64,000 nt of DNA from contig NC_083409.1 in assembly GCF_020745735.1 (NCBI RefSeq), positions 41,250,048 to 41,314,047 of the forward strand, in the 5' to 3' direction. The position numbers and the translations under genes are program-made. Below are positions 36,599 to 50,872 of this stretch, one piece after another. Each line of letters opens with the position of its first letter. The first letter of the stretch is position 1. The notes under the pieces were generated by a model that was given only the letters and a program-made list of their open reading frames with translations, searched no databases and was not told the origin of the DNA. The DNA comes from Hemiscyllium ocellatum. Its lineage: Eukaryota.

Positions 36599-37767
36599 GG
36601 CAATGACATGATATGCAGGGAATGCTACTGACACATTGAAATATTGATTGAATGTTCAGGATGATGACCAAGAAGCAAAGTCCATTGAGTGAAAGAGTAG
36701 GGAGTGAGAAAGCACAATGCAAATATTTTATTCAACAAAGAATGTAGTTTGATAATTGCATGGAGAATGTGTTTAACTGTATGCTGTTGGTGGTGGGCAT
36801 TAACTCAGGACTTACCTGGGCCCTGAAAAATAGAATCAGAAATGAAACTGTGGTTGTTGAGTTCGATGTGTTTGCTTGTGATATGCTGCTTTGTAAATAA
36901 ATGTGAACAGAAGTATGTAAAGATTGGCTCCTTCCTACCCTTCACCAGCTGGCTTTTTGAATGTAACATTACGAATTGGATTTAATAAGGTGATTTTAGA
37001 TACAGTGTTGGCATGTTTAGGATTGTACCTTCACACTGAATAGAAGTTTTAGATAATGATGGGGGCAGAGGATTCTGAGCTCATGATTTGAACAAACCTC
37101 AGGGAAGGCAGTTGATGTGATCGTTGTTGCAATGCTTTGCTTTAAGTCTCCATTGTTAATCCAGGAACCAATTTTTCATTTGGGAAAGGTCACGCTAGTC
37201 ACAGATGACAGCTGAAGTCCGCATTATGTAAGGAAATATTCATTGTGCAGGCACCTTGAATTAAAGTGTTGTGAACCCAGCTGCAACAAAGATAGATAAT
37301 TTTTGTATAGTTTATGGAATAATCATTTGACTAAATAAAGCATCAACCACCAAACAAGGAGATAAAGTGCCTTTAAAGATTGTAATCATCTTAAATTAAC
37401 TGAATTAACAATAAAATGGTATACAATTATTTCTGTTAATAGTGAAATACCGTCATTGCTGACAGAATTAATGTACCAAGTGATCTCTTGGCTATAACCA
37501 CAGCAAAAGTTCAGTTTATACTTAGTTGCAAATGAGGGTAATAAATCTGAAATGCTCACAACGGAACTTGATGTGCTTTTGCCTCCAGCAAGTTGATTTA
37601 CCTGATCTGGCAATGTTTATGTTGCCTCCTGTAATATAGAAATTGAGTGTGGTAATGGAGAATACAACTTACATTTACTGTAGCTAACTACTATATACAA
37701 ACATTACATTCAAAGGTATGTAAGTGTCTGGGCTAACATTATCAGATTGCAACACAGCAGCATGCCT

Positions 37768-37855
37768 GTCATATTGGAATCAAAACAGTAACTCTTATTT
37801 CTCTCTTCACAGATGTTACCAGACCTGCTGAGTTTCTACAGCATTTTATCTTTTT
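37768..37855 (+). mobile_element. Penelope-like 3' fragment, second family
   Basis: tcatattggaatcaaaacagtaactc...cacagatgttaccagacctgctgagtttct. Confidence 0.6.
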
Positions 37856-38029
37856 AGTACTGAACTTTGATAATTGCAGGCTAAAGAGTTGAAAAGGAAA
37901 TTTGCAAATGCCAGTAAATCAGATGACACACAAGCATGCTTCTTGCATGCTGAAGCCTTTGCAATGTGAAGGGTCTGTTTCCATGCTGTACGTCTCAATG
38001 ACTCTATTCTCTCCTCACATGTTGACTTG

Positions 38030-38265
38030 AGGGCAGTGATGGCTTAGTGGGATTGATGTTGGACTAATAATTCAAAGACCCAGGTAATGTTCTGTACACA
38101 TAAGTTCAAATTCCACCAAGGTTGATGATGGGACTTGAATTCAGTTTGATTCGTAGTTGCCTACAGAAATGGCTGAGAAAACTGCTCAGTTCAAGGGCAA
38201 CTACATCTGGGAAATAAATACTGGCCTAGCCAGTGGCACCCATCACATGAAGGAATAATAAAAAC
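38030..38265 (+). mobile_element. tRNA-derived SINE, family 2
   Basis: Head like 19930; tail caagggcaac..aataaatactggcctagccag. Confidence 0.75.
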
Positions 38266-39699
38266 AAAACACTTCAGTTGTCATCTTTAAGTCACTCAAC
38301 CATTTATAACTGAGAGGGTTGTTTGTTTGCAACCAATGGAGACTTCAAACAAGGTAAAACAGCAGCAATTGCATCAAGCATAAATTTTGTCTGAGGCTCC
38401 TTCAGTTTCAGAACTAAGAAATTTATTTTTAATTATTCAGCAAGTGGAAATTGTTTTATTGTGTGCTTTGACTCAATCTTGTTACTTGCATGTTGAGATA
38501 CCTACCTGGACATGCACGTATGCTTTTTCCCTGATGCTGCTTGCTTTTGAACCTTCTAGATCTTACATCGTGACATTCCTTTATTGACATAGTTTATTGA
38601 GCACAGCCCTCTAATATGCCTAAGATTTCTCTTCAAATCCTCATCCTGAACTGGTGTCTTACTAATGTCAGAGCGATGTTATTTGTTAGTTCTTTATGAT
38701 TTACATGAATCTCAGTGCAACACATCTCCTCCCTTACCATTTCGTTTTAATTGGTTTGCATTATTTCAGATGTTGACTTATTAACAAAAGCCTGGATTTT
38801 CTGACAGCCAGGTAATCATTTCTGCAGCAGTGATGGAATTTATGTAATGAAACTCTGCAGAATCCCTGACCTAGCAGACTGTCAGTGAATTGCCTGGGAA
38901 TTTGAAGATTCTGTTGGGTTATATCCCTGTGTCTGGAACCCTCTGACATTACCCATTTAAATTGGAGACTTCAGACATTTCCATTGCGGTTAAATTAAAA
39001 GTTATCCTGGAAGGGTTGGAAGATTGAAGACCTAGTCTGATATATGGGTCACTATTAAATTGACGCCCCCCCCACCACCAACACACTAACTAACTACACA
39101 TGCCTTACATCTCCCCCTTACCCAACACTAACCTCTCCCTACTGCTAGACCCCACACTGCCTAAACAGCCCCCAATCTCAAAAGTGACGCCCACTCTCCC
39201 CTGGAAGCCGAAAACCATGGACCTGCAGCCCTTTTCCTCCAGGACCCTAAGTGCCGCCCTTCACCCTGGGACCTGATGTACTCCCACAGTATTTGGGGGT
39301 AATCACTTAGCAAGTATTAACAATATCACTGTTATCAGCATTATCACCTTCTTCATCCTCACACCTCATCGAATGTTTGAATCTTACAGATGGTGATGAG
39401 CTCCAAGTCTCTCTGGATATCCTAATCTGGTTTGCTTAAATTCTACTGGAGGTGTCTGTGTTGTTCTGTGACCAATGTAATTGCACTGCTCTGTACACTA
39501 CTTCATGTAGCATAGGTATGGCTCGCCCCATTCTGTATCATACACAGTCTCATTTCTAGGCTCCAATAATTGTGATGCCTTCCTGTTCCTTTGAAAGTTC
39601 CTCAGGATTACTGGCAACATAAAATCTTGATTTATCTGTTTTTTCTGATGACCATGACTTCTGGCTTCCTGTTTCTTAACCAGACATACACCCAAATCA

Positions 39700-39945
39700 C
39701 TAATTGTCCCCATTAGCAAATTTTCTTTCTCTCTGGCTCATCATCATCCATTCCTTTGTCTGCCAACTGCTTCTCTCTCTCTCTCTCTCGACTCCATCGT
39801 AACTTGGCATCCTTTGTCTGCCAACTGTTCCTAGCTGCAATCAGTTCTGAAAAAGGGTTCCTGAACACAAAACCTTGATCCTGCTTTGTCTCCACAGATG
39901 CTGCCATACCTGCTGAATGTCTACAGCAAGTTTGTTTTTGATTCT
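39700..39945 (+). mobile_element. Penelope-like 3' fragment, second family
   Basis: cagttctgaaaaagggttcctgaacacaaaacctt...ctccacagatgctgcc. Confidence 0.6.
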
Positions 39946-40887
39946 GCCCTGGTTTTAAGGTTGGCAGAATTTTTGCCCTATGTCTAAACTTGAACCCCCT
40001 CTGGTGCTTTTAGCTATGATCTTTCTGTCGTTGTCTACCATGTCATAGTCTTGAGAGGTTATGCTTGGTTCTTGAGAGAGTATGCTTGGTTTTATGTTCT
40101 AAAACTGGTACATCCACTTTAATCACTTTCTTATTAAAAATTCCATTGGGGAGTACCAAGTTTTTGAGCTAATTCCCAGTTTAGATTGTGTGCATTAGTG
40201 AGTTCACAATCTTGACTGCTCTTTCTGTCTCTCTGTTCAAACTGAGGATGGAGTGGAGAATGTTTACTTAGTTAATCCCTCGGTTCAAAATGGGTTCCCT
40301 AAAATCATTATTCGTGAATTGAAATCCATTGCCTGATATTAATTCTTCTGGGAAACCTTGTATGTCAAAGAGTCTTCAGTGCTGTGATGATTGAGTCTGC
40401 TGAGGCTGAATGATGTCTGGTTACTTCTTGAATAATACTCAACGCGGACAAAATATTTTTTCTCTCTAGAATCAACAAATGCATTGCTAGCTTTTCCAAT
40501 GCCCTTTCCAGAAATATTGATGAAATCATTGGCCATGTAAATACTTGGTTGTGTCTTGCACAGGTTTGGCACAGAGAAATGAAATCCTGAATCTTTTCAG
40601 AATGCCAAGCCACCACATTGATTGTTCTGCTCTTGCTCTGTCCTTCACGACACTTCATGTATATCACCCAAGAGATTTTTGTGTGCTTTCTCTTTGTATC
40701 AATTTTGATATAACCACTCTGTGGTCATACACCGATAAATCTTCCACTATTGTCAAGTATTGTTATTGTATCTGATACATTTTCAACATTTTGTCTACTG
40801 GACTATATTTGGGCCATCCCTGCAAACTGAGTTGTCTGATCTTTGTGTACTTATTGTCAGATTTTTGAGTTTCAATAATCGATGAGT

Positions 40888-41198
40888 CTTTTTATTCATT
40901 CATAGAATGATGGCATTGTTGGCTAGTATTTATTGCCCATCCTTAACTGTTAACAGTTAAGAGTCAACCACATTGCTGTAGATCTGGAGTCACATGTAGG
41001 CCAGACCAAATAGGATGGCAGTTTCCTTCCCTAAAGGACATGAGTAAACCAGATGGGTTTTTTCCAACAATTGACAATGGATTAATGTTCATCATTAGAC
41101 TCTTAATTCCAGATATTTGTTGAATTCAAATTCCACCATCTTATCAGGGCCTTTGAATTAACAGTCCAGTGATTAAACCACTAGGCCATTATCTCCCC
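40888..41198 (-). mobile_element. tRNA-derived SINE, family 2, nested in Gypsy
   Basis: Reverse of the core (tctggagtcacatgtaggcc, ttgaattcaaattccacc). Confidence 0.85.
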
Positions 41199-42509
41199 CG
41201 ACCTCCCTCCGTTATCAGTAAAGTATTGGATATTGCAATATAGTCAAGACTCTACTTCCACAAGAATAAAATCTTCTGTTTCCACAGTCATATATCACCA
41301 GCTTAAATCCGAACCTTTGAATGTGTAATGACAATTTTGAGATTTCTTTCGATCCCATTAATGTCATTAAAGACATCTATGTAGAAGTATGTCGATTTGG
41401 AATTTCAGTCCCACGTAGGCAGTCTATGAACCTTGCACATCTTCATTTAAATATGAACCCTTCTACCTCTATGGTTGAAAAACTCTGTCAATGTTCTTGT
41501 GTAAAATAGATGTTTGCATATTATGTCATTTTGCGTTTGAATAAGCACAACTCCTGATCCGGTGGATAATGCATCTGTGGCTATTAAAGTGAATATATTT
41601 AGATTGTAATGTGCTAAAACACCAGAAGTTGGCTGCTCTTTAATTCTTTGAAAAGCTGCATTCTGTTCCAGACTCAAATGCTGTTGCTGGGTTTTTTCAA
41701 AAGCTCTCTTCAAAGTTGAGTAAGATAAGTTAGGTTGAGGATAAACTTTCCCACTTGATTTGCTATGCCTAAGGAGTGCTCTGTGACAGTTTTTCACTTT
41801 GATACCAGAAATACAGTCACTCTTGTTATCTATGGATCCACCATGATGCCTTGATCTTGGACAATGAGCCCTAAAGGTCTAGATGTCATTCCGCAGAATT
41901 GACATTATTCATTTAATGTAAGTCTTGCATTCTGCAGTACTTTAACTCCTCCCTGACCTTCAGGCTACGTGACTTCTTCATTTAACTCTAAATTAGAATT
42001 TCAGCTTTCCATTCTGGGAGATTTCTGGTCTGGAAGAGATCCCAAATGGTAGACACTTGATGTAGCACTGCCCAAATAATTTCAAACAAGCAGTCAGCAA
42101 TCATGGCTCTTTGTCTAAAGGTGTCTGCCTGAACCCACCGTTGCCATCGCATTTTGTAAAAAACCTGTCAGTTTTGCCAAATAGATGAAATGGGATTGAT
42201 TTCCATCCTAACCCCTTGGTTTAACAGAGTGAGGTCCAATCTTAATTCCCCATTGGTCGATGAATCAATTACCTCCATTGTTCTGTCATGGGTAACATGA
42301 CCTCACTTTCCATTAAGCTGTTTCACTGAGGTTTTACTTTTCCCTTCAAAGGATGAAGAATCTTCCTTCGGGGTATTCAAGCAGATGGGATTAGCATCTT
42401 AATGCAGTGTATTATGATACTCTTCCAACACTTCTCCTCCTGTAACCAAAAAAAAGTTCTGTGAATCAGTTGGAAAGATGACAAGTGTTTTCCTTTGTGT
42501 TTTGTTTTT

Positions 42510-43600
42510 TTCAGCAGTCTTTTTGGGAATTTAGAATAATGGGAATGGAGGTTAGAGCAGTTGAATTTTCCTCCTGCAGAATGTGGGAGGTAAGGTTCAC
42601 CACAAGTGTCCCTGCTGACTTAATCTGCAGGAAGTGCACCCAACTCCAGATCCTTGAGAACCTTATTAGGGAACTGGAGCTGGAGTTGGATGAACTTTGG
42701 ATCATTCGGAAGTGGAGGGGGTTATTGAGAGGAGTTATAGGGAGGTAGTTACTCTACAGCCACGTGAAGAAGGTAGATAGGTCAGGAGTAGGAAAGGGAA
42801 CCAGCAGGCAGTGCAGGGATCTCCTCGGGTGGTTTCCCTCAACAACAAGTATACTGGTTTGGATACTGGTAGCAGGGGTAAGCAATGGGGCACAGGTCTC
42901 TGGCACAGAGTCTGTCGCTGTTCCTTAGAGGGAAAGGGGGAAGACTGAGAGCTTTAGTTGTTGGGGACTCCATAGTTAGGGGGACAGATAGGTTTTGTGG
43001 GAGCAAGAGAGACTCACAATGGCAGTGTTGCCTCCCAAGTGCCAGGGTTCGTGATGTCTCATTGTGTTTTTGGGATCCTTGAGGGGGTGGAGGAGCAGCC
43101 CCAAGTCATGGTCCATACAGGCACCAACGACATAGGTAGGAAGAAAGATGGGGATCTAAGGCAGAAATTCAGGGAGCTAGGGTGGAAGCTTAGAGATAGA
43201 ACAAACAGAGTTGTTATCTCCGGTTTGTTGCCGTGCCATGTGATTGCGAAGCAAGAAACAAGTAAAGAGTGGAGCTGAACACATGGCTGCAGGGATGGTG
43301 CAGGAGGGAGGGTTTTGGATTCTTGGATAATTGGAGCTCTTTCTGGGGAAGGCGGGACCTCTACAAACAGGATGGTCTTCACCTGAACCTGAGGGGTACC
43401 AATATCCTGTTGGGGGGGTGGGGGAGAGGATATTTGCTAATGCTCTTCTGGGAGGTTTAAACTAATGCAGCAGGGGGATGGGAACCTGAATTGTAGCTCC
43501 AGTATACAGGAGGTTGAGGGTAGTGAAATCTGGGATAGGTTTAGAAGGTCGCGAGAGAGCACCAACAATCAGGATGATGGTTTGAAATGTGTGTACTCAG
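42510..43600 (+). mobile_element. CR1 ORF1 fragment (zinc finger, coiled coil, SGNH esterase) inserted in Gypsy
   Basis: SCRMWEV..CRKC..LELELDEL; VVGDSIVRG; VHTGTNDIG; LNTWLQGWC; DGLHLN. Stops at the ORF2 start (GLKCVY). Confidence 0.88.
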
Positions 43601-46367
43601 TTATTTAGATTCTGATATGGTGTTTCACTGACATTTTGGCCCTTGTGACTAAGCCTTGTGGTGGTTTGCCCTTACACTTGAAGTGCTATGCCTCCAGAAC
43701 TTTAAAGATTCATGGGAACGAGTCTACCTCTTAAAGATATCAACATTGGCAGGCGGTCTGTCAGCATGGAAACAGCTGCTCCTGTCTCAGGTTAAATCCT
43801 ATTTCAAATCCTTGCAATTTCAGGTTGGCTGTCCAGAATCCATTTTGACTCCCTGTGACATCACTTCAGAATGTTGTCTTTGCTTCTTTTTCGGTACCTT
43901 TAACTTCTCGAACATTTTCTTGTTGCATTTCTCTGGAAATTTTCCTTTTGAGGTGACAAAGGTGTTACTAATTAACAGTATTTTCTAAGGAGGTCCAATT
44001 AGTCACACTTGTAGCACAGCTCCCCCCATTGGACATTCATTGTGCTTATATTGTATTTGGAGTCCTACCTTGCAACAACCTAATATGATTTATAATATTA
44101 ATTATCAATTCTTTCAATGGTCAGTTGGGATGATAATGACGACCTCTTTGAGTCTACCATTTCACCATGTAAGAAGCATCCCTGACGGTTCTTTGCAGTA
44201 CTGACTAATGTTGAGCCCTGAATTATCTGTGCACAGCACTTTGGGTTACTTGTTCCAACATTAGATACTCCTTGGATTGAAGAATTCTAATAATTTTGCA
44301 TCCCTCATCCAACAACTACATTGCCTCTATTTATTGACTTCTGTATTAGCTCTTTACCTGCAACATTCTGCTAAACAATATAAATCCATTAAGAAGCCTT
44401 CTACTGATTGCCCCAAATGTTGAGATCACTGATTAAATCTCATCCATCAATCACTAAATTTCTTTTGGGGTTAATGTAAACATCAAAAGATTTATTTGAT
44501 GCATTATATTCTGTAATACTTCTGTCAGAACATTATCAGCTGTTGGACCTCTAGCATACAAAAACATACTGACTTGATGGCACAACTCCTTTGTAAGTAA
44601 GCCTGAAGCCATTCTACAGTGCTGAAATTATCACTTGTGGAGCTCCCACCTCAGGGAGCTTATTGTGATCCCATCACATTGTCAAATAGTTGAGGTAATG
44701 ACAAGGTCTCTGTAGGAGTTGCCATCATGACTGACTGACCTAGCTGACTACTTGTATTTTGCCTTCTTATTGTTGAAGTGTACCGATCCTGTTTTTACTC
44801 TCAGGAGAATTGTTGGTTTGTAGCTTTGAAGATTTTGAAGTTTGTTCTTCCTGCTTTTCAGAACATTTCCTACTCAGCTGTTTCCTTTGGACTGTAGCTT
44901 CAGATCCTGGTTCTGGAGGATTTTTCTTCATAGTTCAGCTTTTGCGTTAAGGCATCACTATGACCTGTACATTGGGAAAGTGCTCTGGAGTATCTCTTCA
45001 CTGTGTTTATCATGCAGAAACCATGTCCTTGAGTTGACTTGTTCTTTATTGATAAACAAGGCTTTTCAAATCATTGTGTACCGGAACACTCCTTCATGTA
45101 CAACTGCAATTGCTATGTAATACCATACCAAGTGTGGCTGGGCATGACTTGTGTCCACTGTTATCGTACAATCCTGAACCTGCCAGCGAAGTATCTATAA
45201 AATCTAAAAACAATGTGCGAACTGATATTGAGGTCAATGCAACTTATGTCTTAATCGACCCTATGCCTAATAATAGTGTGTACCTCTTTACCATCATTGC
45301 AATGGAAAGAGAACAGCCAGATAATCTGTCATTCATGTGCCATTTAATTATGCCATGTTCCAGAATGTCATCTTTCCCAGCAGGAAATGATACGAGCAAA
45401 GGCATTTGTGTTTACACAGTGCCTTTCACAACTTAGTACATTCCAAAATACTGTACAACCAATTAATTACTTTTTGAATTGTGGCAACTGCATTAATGTT
45501 TCAGAAAACGCAATTTGCAAATCACAAGATCTCACAAACAGAAGTGAGATAATGACTAAAGCTTTGAGTTATGCTGATTGAGGAATAAATATTGGCTTGG
45601 ACTCCAGGCCTTCTCCTCTTAAAATAGTGCCCATGTAATCTTCAAAGTCCTGCTGAATAGCAATGGAAAAATTTTGGGCTTCACTCTATTGCAGTTTTAT
45701 GGACTAGCTAATTTCATTCTCATTGGATAATCTAACTCAGTTTTTTTTTCAGTAATTTAGATACAATGTTGAAGAAGGTTTGATTATTGCTAAGGGTTTT
45801 GTATCTTGTGCCTCAGTGGTCATTTTCATGCACTTTATTCGTCAAGGGAAAATCCGTATCTCCAAATGTGCCTGAAACTGTTTAAGCCGAAAGGGAAGTC
45901 AACTTTGCATAAGGTTTGGTAACAAATTAGTATTTACTTGCAATTCTAGATTTAACTTTTCCAGAGATAGTAACATGTCTGCTAGGAAAAAAAAGTAAAG
46001 CACAAATTCTGTCAATTCAGAATGAGCATTGTTGTTTCCTTTGCCCTATGAATACTCTCACTGGATTGTGCAATTCACAGAAAGAATTGAGCTATCATTT
46101 TAACCCGAGAAAGCCTGTGCTCAGAATAGTGAAGGGTAAGGTCTAAAGGGAAATGGTCTTAATTGGGCCCTCAGTCAAATTATTGATTTGTGGGTTTCAA
46201 TGTAGTTCACAATTTCCAAAACAAGTTTGACAATGTGTTTCAGATTCAAAAGCTTTGACCCCAGCTTTCCTCATAAATAAAGTGATGAAATATTCAGAAC
46301 TCAGGAAAACTGTCAAGTCTCACAAACCTACTTTGTGATACCAATGTTGCTGACATCTTAGCTTTTG

Positions 46368-46968
46368 TGTGATAATACTATGGCTTTAAGAAGTGTTTTT
46401 TTTTGTGACAAAGGTTCAGACAGAGATGCTGAGCATTTGCTTAACGTCAGTCAGGTAAACAGTTTGTGATGCCTTGAGGTTTTGTATAGAAGCAGCCTGA
46501 ATGGGTGGTGTCAAGCTCCCTCAGAAACAGGATTTTTAGTTTTAGCTATTAACAATTGCAGGGATCTTGATGTGGAAGGCCTTATTCCTCTCTCTCTGTT
46601 ACAGCTAAAAGCTGGGGTTCTCTTCCTGCCACTAGAATTGCATGAGAGACAATTTATTTCACTGAATTTGCCTTTGCCAAGGGTGTGTTTACAGGATGTT
46701 ATGATGTTGGAACAGTTAATCAGTAGTAGTTAATACATATATAAAAATTTGATAAGTGTTTTGATAGTTACAGTTAAGCCGATTCTTATATTTTATTATT
46801 ATTTTGTTTGTATTTTAACTGTAGTGTAAAAATAAAGTGTGTTTTGCTTCAAGTATAGTAATTTGACCAATTGAATTGCACATCTGGAATGCAACACCTT
46901 ACAATTAGCTTTAAAATAAAATGTTGGGGTCTTCATATATTTTTGGGGGTTTAGTATGGTCTATAACA
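46368..46968 (+). mobile_element. Probable solo LTR
   Basis: TGTGAT...TAACA termini with AATAAA near 46830; no TSD seen. Confidence 0.5.
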
Positions 46969-49900
46969 ACTGCAATGGCTTTAAGTTACAGGACTAAGCT
47001 TCTAGGAGTAAGCTTCACACAGTCAAGAAGGAGAGACTGTATCCAGAGTGAGAGACAGCCCCAGTGAGTATGTAATTTGGGGAATTTGGAGGCATCTTGG
47101 GAATTTGGTGCAGAGAGGAAGCAGCGCCTTTTGTGTTTTTTGGCTAGTAGTTCGCAAGGTTTTTGTTTAACAGGATAAATTGAAGTCCAGGATCAGGGGC
47201 TCAGCACAAAATAATGACATTACAGGTAAACCATAAGTTCATTGGTTGGTGATAGCTACTGGTTTGATGAGCGGATTGAAGGTGACGAGGGAGAATATTT
47301 ACAGGCTATAAAGTTTAAAAACAAAACTAGAACGAAGTTTTAAAAATCAAATTAAGAAGTAATTATAATAGAGATGCTGGGCCAGGCGATGCATTGTAAC
47401 TACATGATGTGGGAGCTGGTGGATCCAATTGTGGTTCATATTGACTACATTTGTAACAAGTATTGGTTGCTTGAGGAACTCTAATTCTGAGCTGATGAAC
47501 TGGAGTCTGAGCACCGAACACTGTGACATATCAGGGTGGGGCAGAAGTACCTGGTTGCTGTATTTCAGGTGCAGTCACCTATAATAAAGGAATGACCTCA
47601 AATTCAGTCAGTGGTCAGGAGCAGGAGGGTGTGACCGCCAGTGAGGCAGCTAGAGGGAGATCAACTGTATGGAAAATTAGGGAAAATGTTGAAGAGGGGA
47701 AGGGCTGAGCAGATGTTATTAAAGTTTCCAGAGCAAGTGATAGGATAGAGAGTGTGGAAAGGGTCAGGAATCTAACTTCACGCACAGGGGACAACTATGA
47801 GAGGTGGGGGGGGGGAAGCAGTCAACACAGAGATGATGTTGTATTTAAATGCATGCCATGTACGTAACAAAGTAAATGTGCTAACAGTGCATATTGAAAT
47901 TGGCAGCAACAATGTTGTGGGTATCACAGAGTTGTGGCTGCATGGAGTTCAGGACTGGAAACTAAATATCCACGGATATATGTCCTATTGAAAGGACAGC
48001 CAGATGGGTGGGGGGGTTGGGGGGTGTTGGAGGTGGGCAGATTGCCTTGCCAGTAAGAAATTAAATTAAATCGGTAGCAAGAAATGATATACAGTCAGGA
48101 GGCATTAAATGGTGTGTGGGTAGAGTTAATGAACCGCAAAGGAGAAAAGACCCTCATGGGAGTTGTGTACAAACCTCATAAGAGTGGTCAGGATGTGGGG
48201 AAGAAAATAAATCAGGAGATAGAAAAGGCACTATTAAGTAATCATGGGGAACTTCAATTTACAGGTGAACTTGTAAAATTAGGTTGATAGCAGATTTCAG
48301 GAACAAGAATTTGTAGAATGTATGTGAGATGGTTTTTTTTTGGAACCTCTTGTGGCAAGGGATAGGTGATTCTGGATTTGGTATTGCATAATGAGGCAGA
48401 CCTGATTCTGGAGCTTAAGATGAAGGGGCCTCTAGGGTGCAGTGATCATAAAATAAAGAATTAACCCTGCAGTTTGAGAGGGAGAAACTGGATTCAGATG
48501 TAACAGTAATGCAGTTGAGTAAAGACATGAGGGAGGAGCAGGCCAGGATTGATTGGAAAGGGAGACTAGCAAAGAGATTTGGCTGGAGCTTTTGGAGGCA
48601 CAGCAGAAATTCATCCCAAGGAAGAAGAAACATATTTAAGGGGAGCACAAGGCAACCATGGCTGCCGAGGGAAGTCTGGGACAGCATAACAAGTTAAAGA
48701 AAACGCATACAGTGTGGTGAAGATTAGTGGGAAGCCTTTAAAAACCAGCAGTGGAGGACAATATAGCAATAATGGAGTTGGGAGGGGGAAGCGGTGGAGA
48801 GGACGAAATATGAGAGTAAGATAGCTGGTAATGTAAAAGAAAATTGCAATAGTTTTTTTAGATATCTAAAAGGGAAGAGAGAGGCAAGAGTGAACATTGG
48901 ACCACTGCAAAATAAAGCATGGAAAAGTAGTAATAGTGAAAAAAAGAAATGGCGAAAGAACTGAATAGATATTTTTACATCAGTTTTCACACTGGAAGAC
49001 ACCAACAGCATACCAGCATACACTCAGGAGGCAGAGCTGAGGTAGTGGTCATCACTATAGAGAAGGTGCTGTGGAAGATGAAAAGTCTGAAAGTGGATAG
49101 ACCACCCAGACTGGATAGATCACACCCCAGAGTTCTGAAGGAGATAGCTGAGGAGATTCTATTGGTGCTGATCTTTCAGGAATCCCTGGAGTCACGAGGG
49201 TCCTAGAGAACTGGAAAATAGTTAATTTAATACCCTGTTTAAGAAGGGAGGCAGGCAGAAGATGGGAAAATACAAGCCGGTTAGCCTGACCTCAGTCATT
49301 GGTCAAATTTTAGAGTCCATTATTAAGGTTGATTGCGGATTACTTGGAAGTGCATAGTAAAATAGGGCTGAGTCAGCACGGCTGCATTAAGTAGAGGTTG
49401 TGCCTGATAAGTCTGTTAAATTCTTTGGGGAGGTAACAAGCAGGTTAAACAAAGGTGAGACAGTGTATGTGATCTATTTGGATTTCCAGAAGGCCTTTGA
49501 CAAGGTGTGGTATAGACAACTGCTCAATGAGATAAGAGCCCATAGTGTTAGGGGCAAGGTACTGGTATGGAAAGAGGATTAGCTGACTGGCAGAAGACAG
49601 AGAGTGGGATTAAGGGCTTTTTTTCAGGATGGCAACCAGTGACTAGTGGAGTTCCACAGGGGTCTGAGTGGGAACACAACTATTCACATAAGACACTGAA
49701 AATAAATATGAAGGAACTGAGAGTAATTCTGATAGGTTTGCAGATGATATAAAGATTGTAGGAGGGATAGCTGAGGAAGCAGGGAAGCTGCAGAAGGACA
49801 GTCCAGGATAATGGGCAAAGAAGTAGCAGATGGAATACAATATGGGAAAGTGTGAGGTTATGCACTATGTTAGGAGGAAGAGAAGCATATGGTATTTTTA

Positions 49901-50063
49901 AAATGGAGAAAGGCTTCAGAAATCTGAAGCACGAAAGAACTTAGGAGTCCTGGTTCAGGATTTTATCAATATTAACATGCAAGTTCAATTGTCAGTTAGA
50001 AAGGCAAATGTAATATTAGCATTCAATTCAAGCTAGCTGGAATACTAGAGCAGGGATGTATGG

Positions 50064-50412
50064 GTGGTCCGAAACCTGTTGATCTTTCAGCTGAAGGAGT
50101 TGACCCCAACTGAGTGTTGCAGACTGGCACATTCCAAGGTCCAGGACTATGTGTTGAGGGACGTGCTGAAGCTTGGGGCAACTGCCGCCAAGGCGCGGTG
50201 GGGAAAGACCACCGTGTAATATCTGCCTGCTAAAGAAGAACAGGGGGGCCATGCAGTCATTTGGGCTCTGCTGACGGCTCAGCTAAAAAATGTAATTGTA
50301 CAGACCTGCAAATAGGAACGATTACTCTGTTTACATATGTGTAGCATGTCCACTTGTATAGATCATCAAAGTATTTTATGAATAAAGTATATTTTCGAAA
50401 CTAAAAAACAAC
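50064..50412 (+). mobile_element. Tx1-like LINE 3' end inserted in CR1
   Basis: RNLLIFQLKELTPTECCRLAHSKVQDYVLRD..WGKTTV*, AATAAA and A-rich tail; 19-bp TSD ctagagcagggatgtatgg at 50045-50063 and 50413-50431. Confidence 0.8.
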
Positions 50413-50849
50413 CTAGAGCAGGGATGTATGGCTGGGATTGTATAAGGTTGTGGTCAGACCACATTTGGAATATTGTGAGCAGTTTTGTACCCTGTATCTA
50501 AGGAAGGATGTGCTGGCCCTAGAGGGTATCCAGAGGAGGTTGACAAGAATGATCCCAGGGATGAAAACTTTGTCATATGAGGAGCAGTTAAGGACTGTGG
50601 GTCTATACTCACTGGAATTTGCAAGGTTGGGGGGGAATTCATTGAAACTTCCTATGAAACTGGATAGAATGGATGTGGAGAAAATATTTCCACCAGTAGG
50701 AGAAACTAGGACCCAAGAGAACAGCCTTAGAATGAGGAGACCACTCTTTAGAACTGAAATGAGGAGGACTTTCTTCAGCCAGAGGGTGGTAAATCTGTGG
50801 AACTCATTGCCACAGAGGGCTGTGGAGGCCAAGTAGTTGATTGTACTTA

Positions 50850-50872
50850 AGAGAGAGAGAGAGAGAGAGAGA
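50850..50872. repeat. (AG)n microsatellite
   Basis: Direct reading. Confidence 0.95.

Larger units (their letters stand above)
39340..45025 (-). mobile_element. Heavily decayed Gypsy LTR-retrotransposon internal region (gag-PR-RT-RH-IN) with nested inserts
   Basis: Minus strand order: gag ~44400 (SVEGFLMDLYCLAECC), protease ~43780 (frameshifted LDTGAAVS-like), RT ~42040 (CLPFGISS), RNase H ~41570 (IATDA..G.GVVL.Q), integrase ~40600-40430 (QSMWW, CQTC, VEYYSR). Confidence 0.7.
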
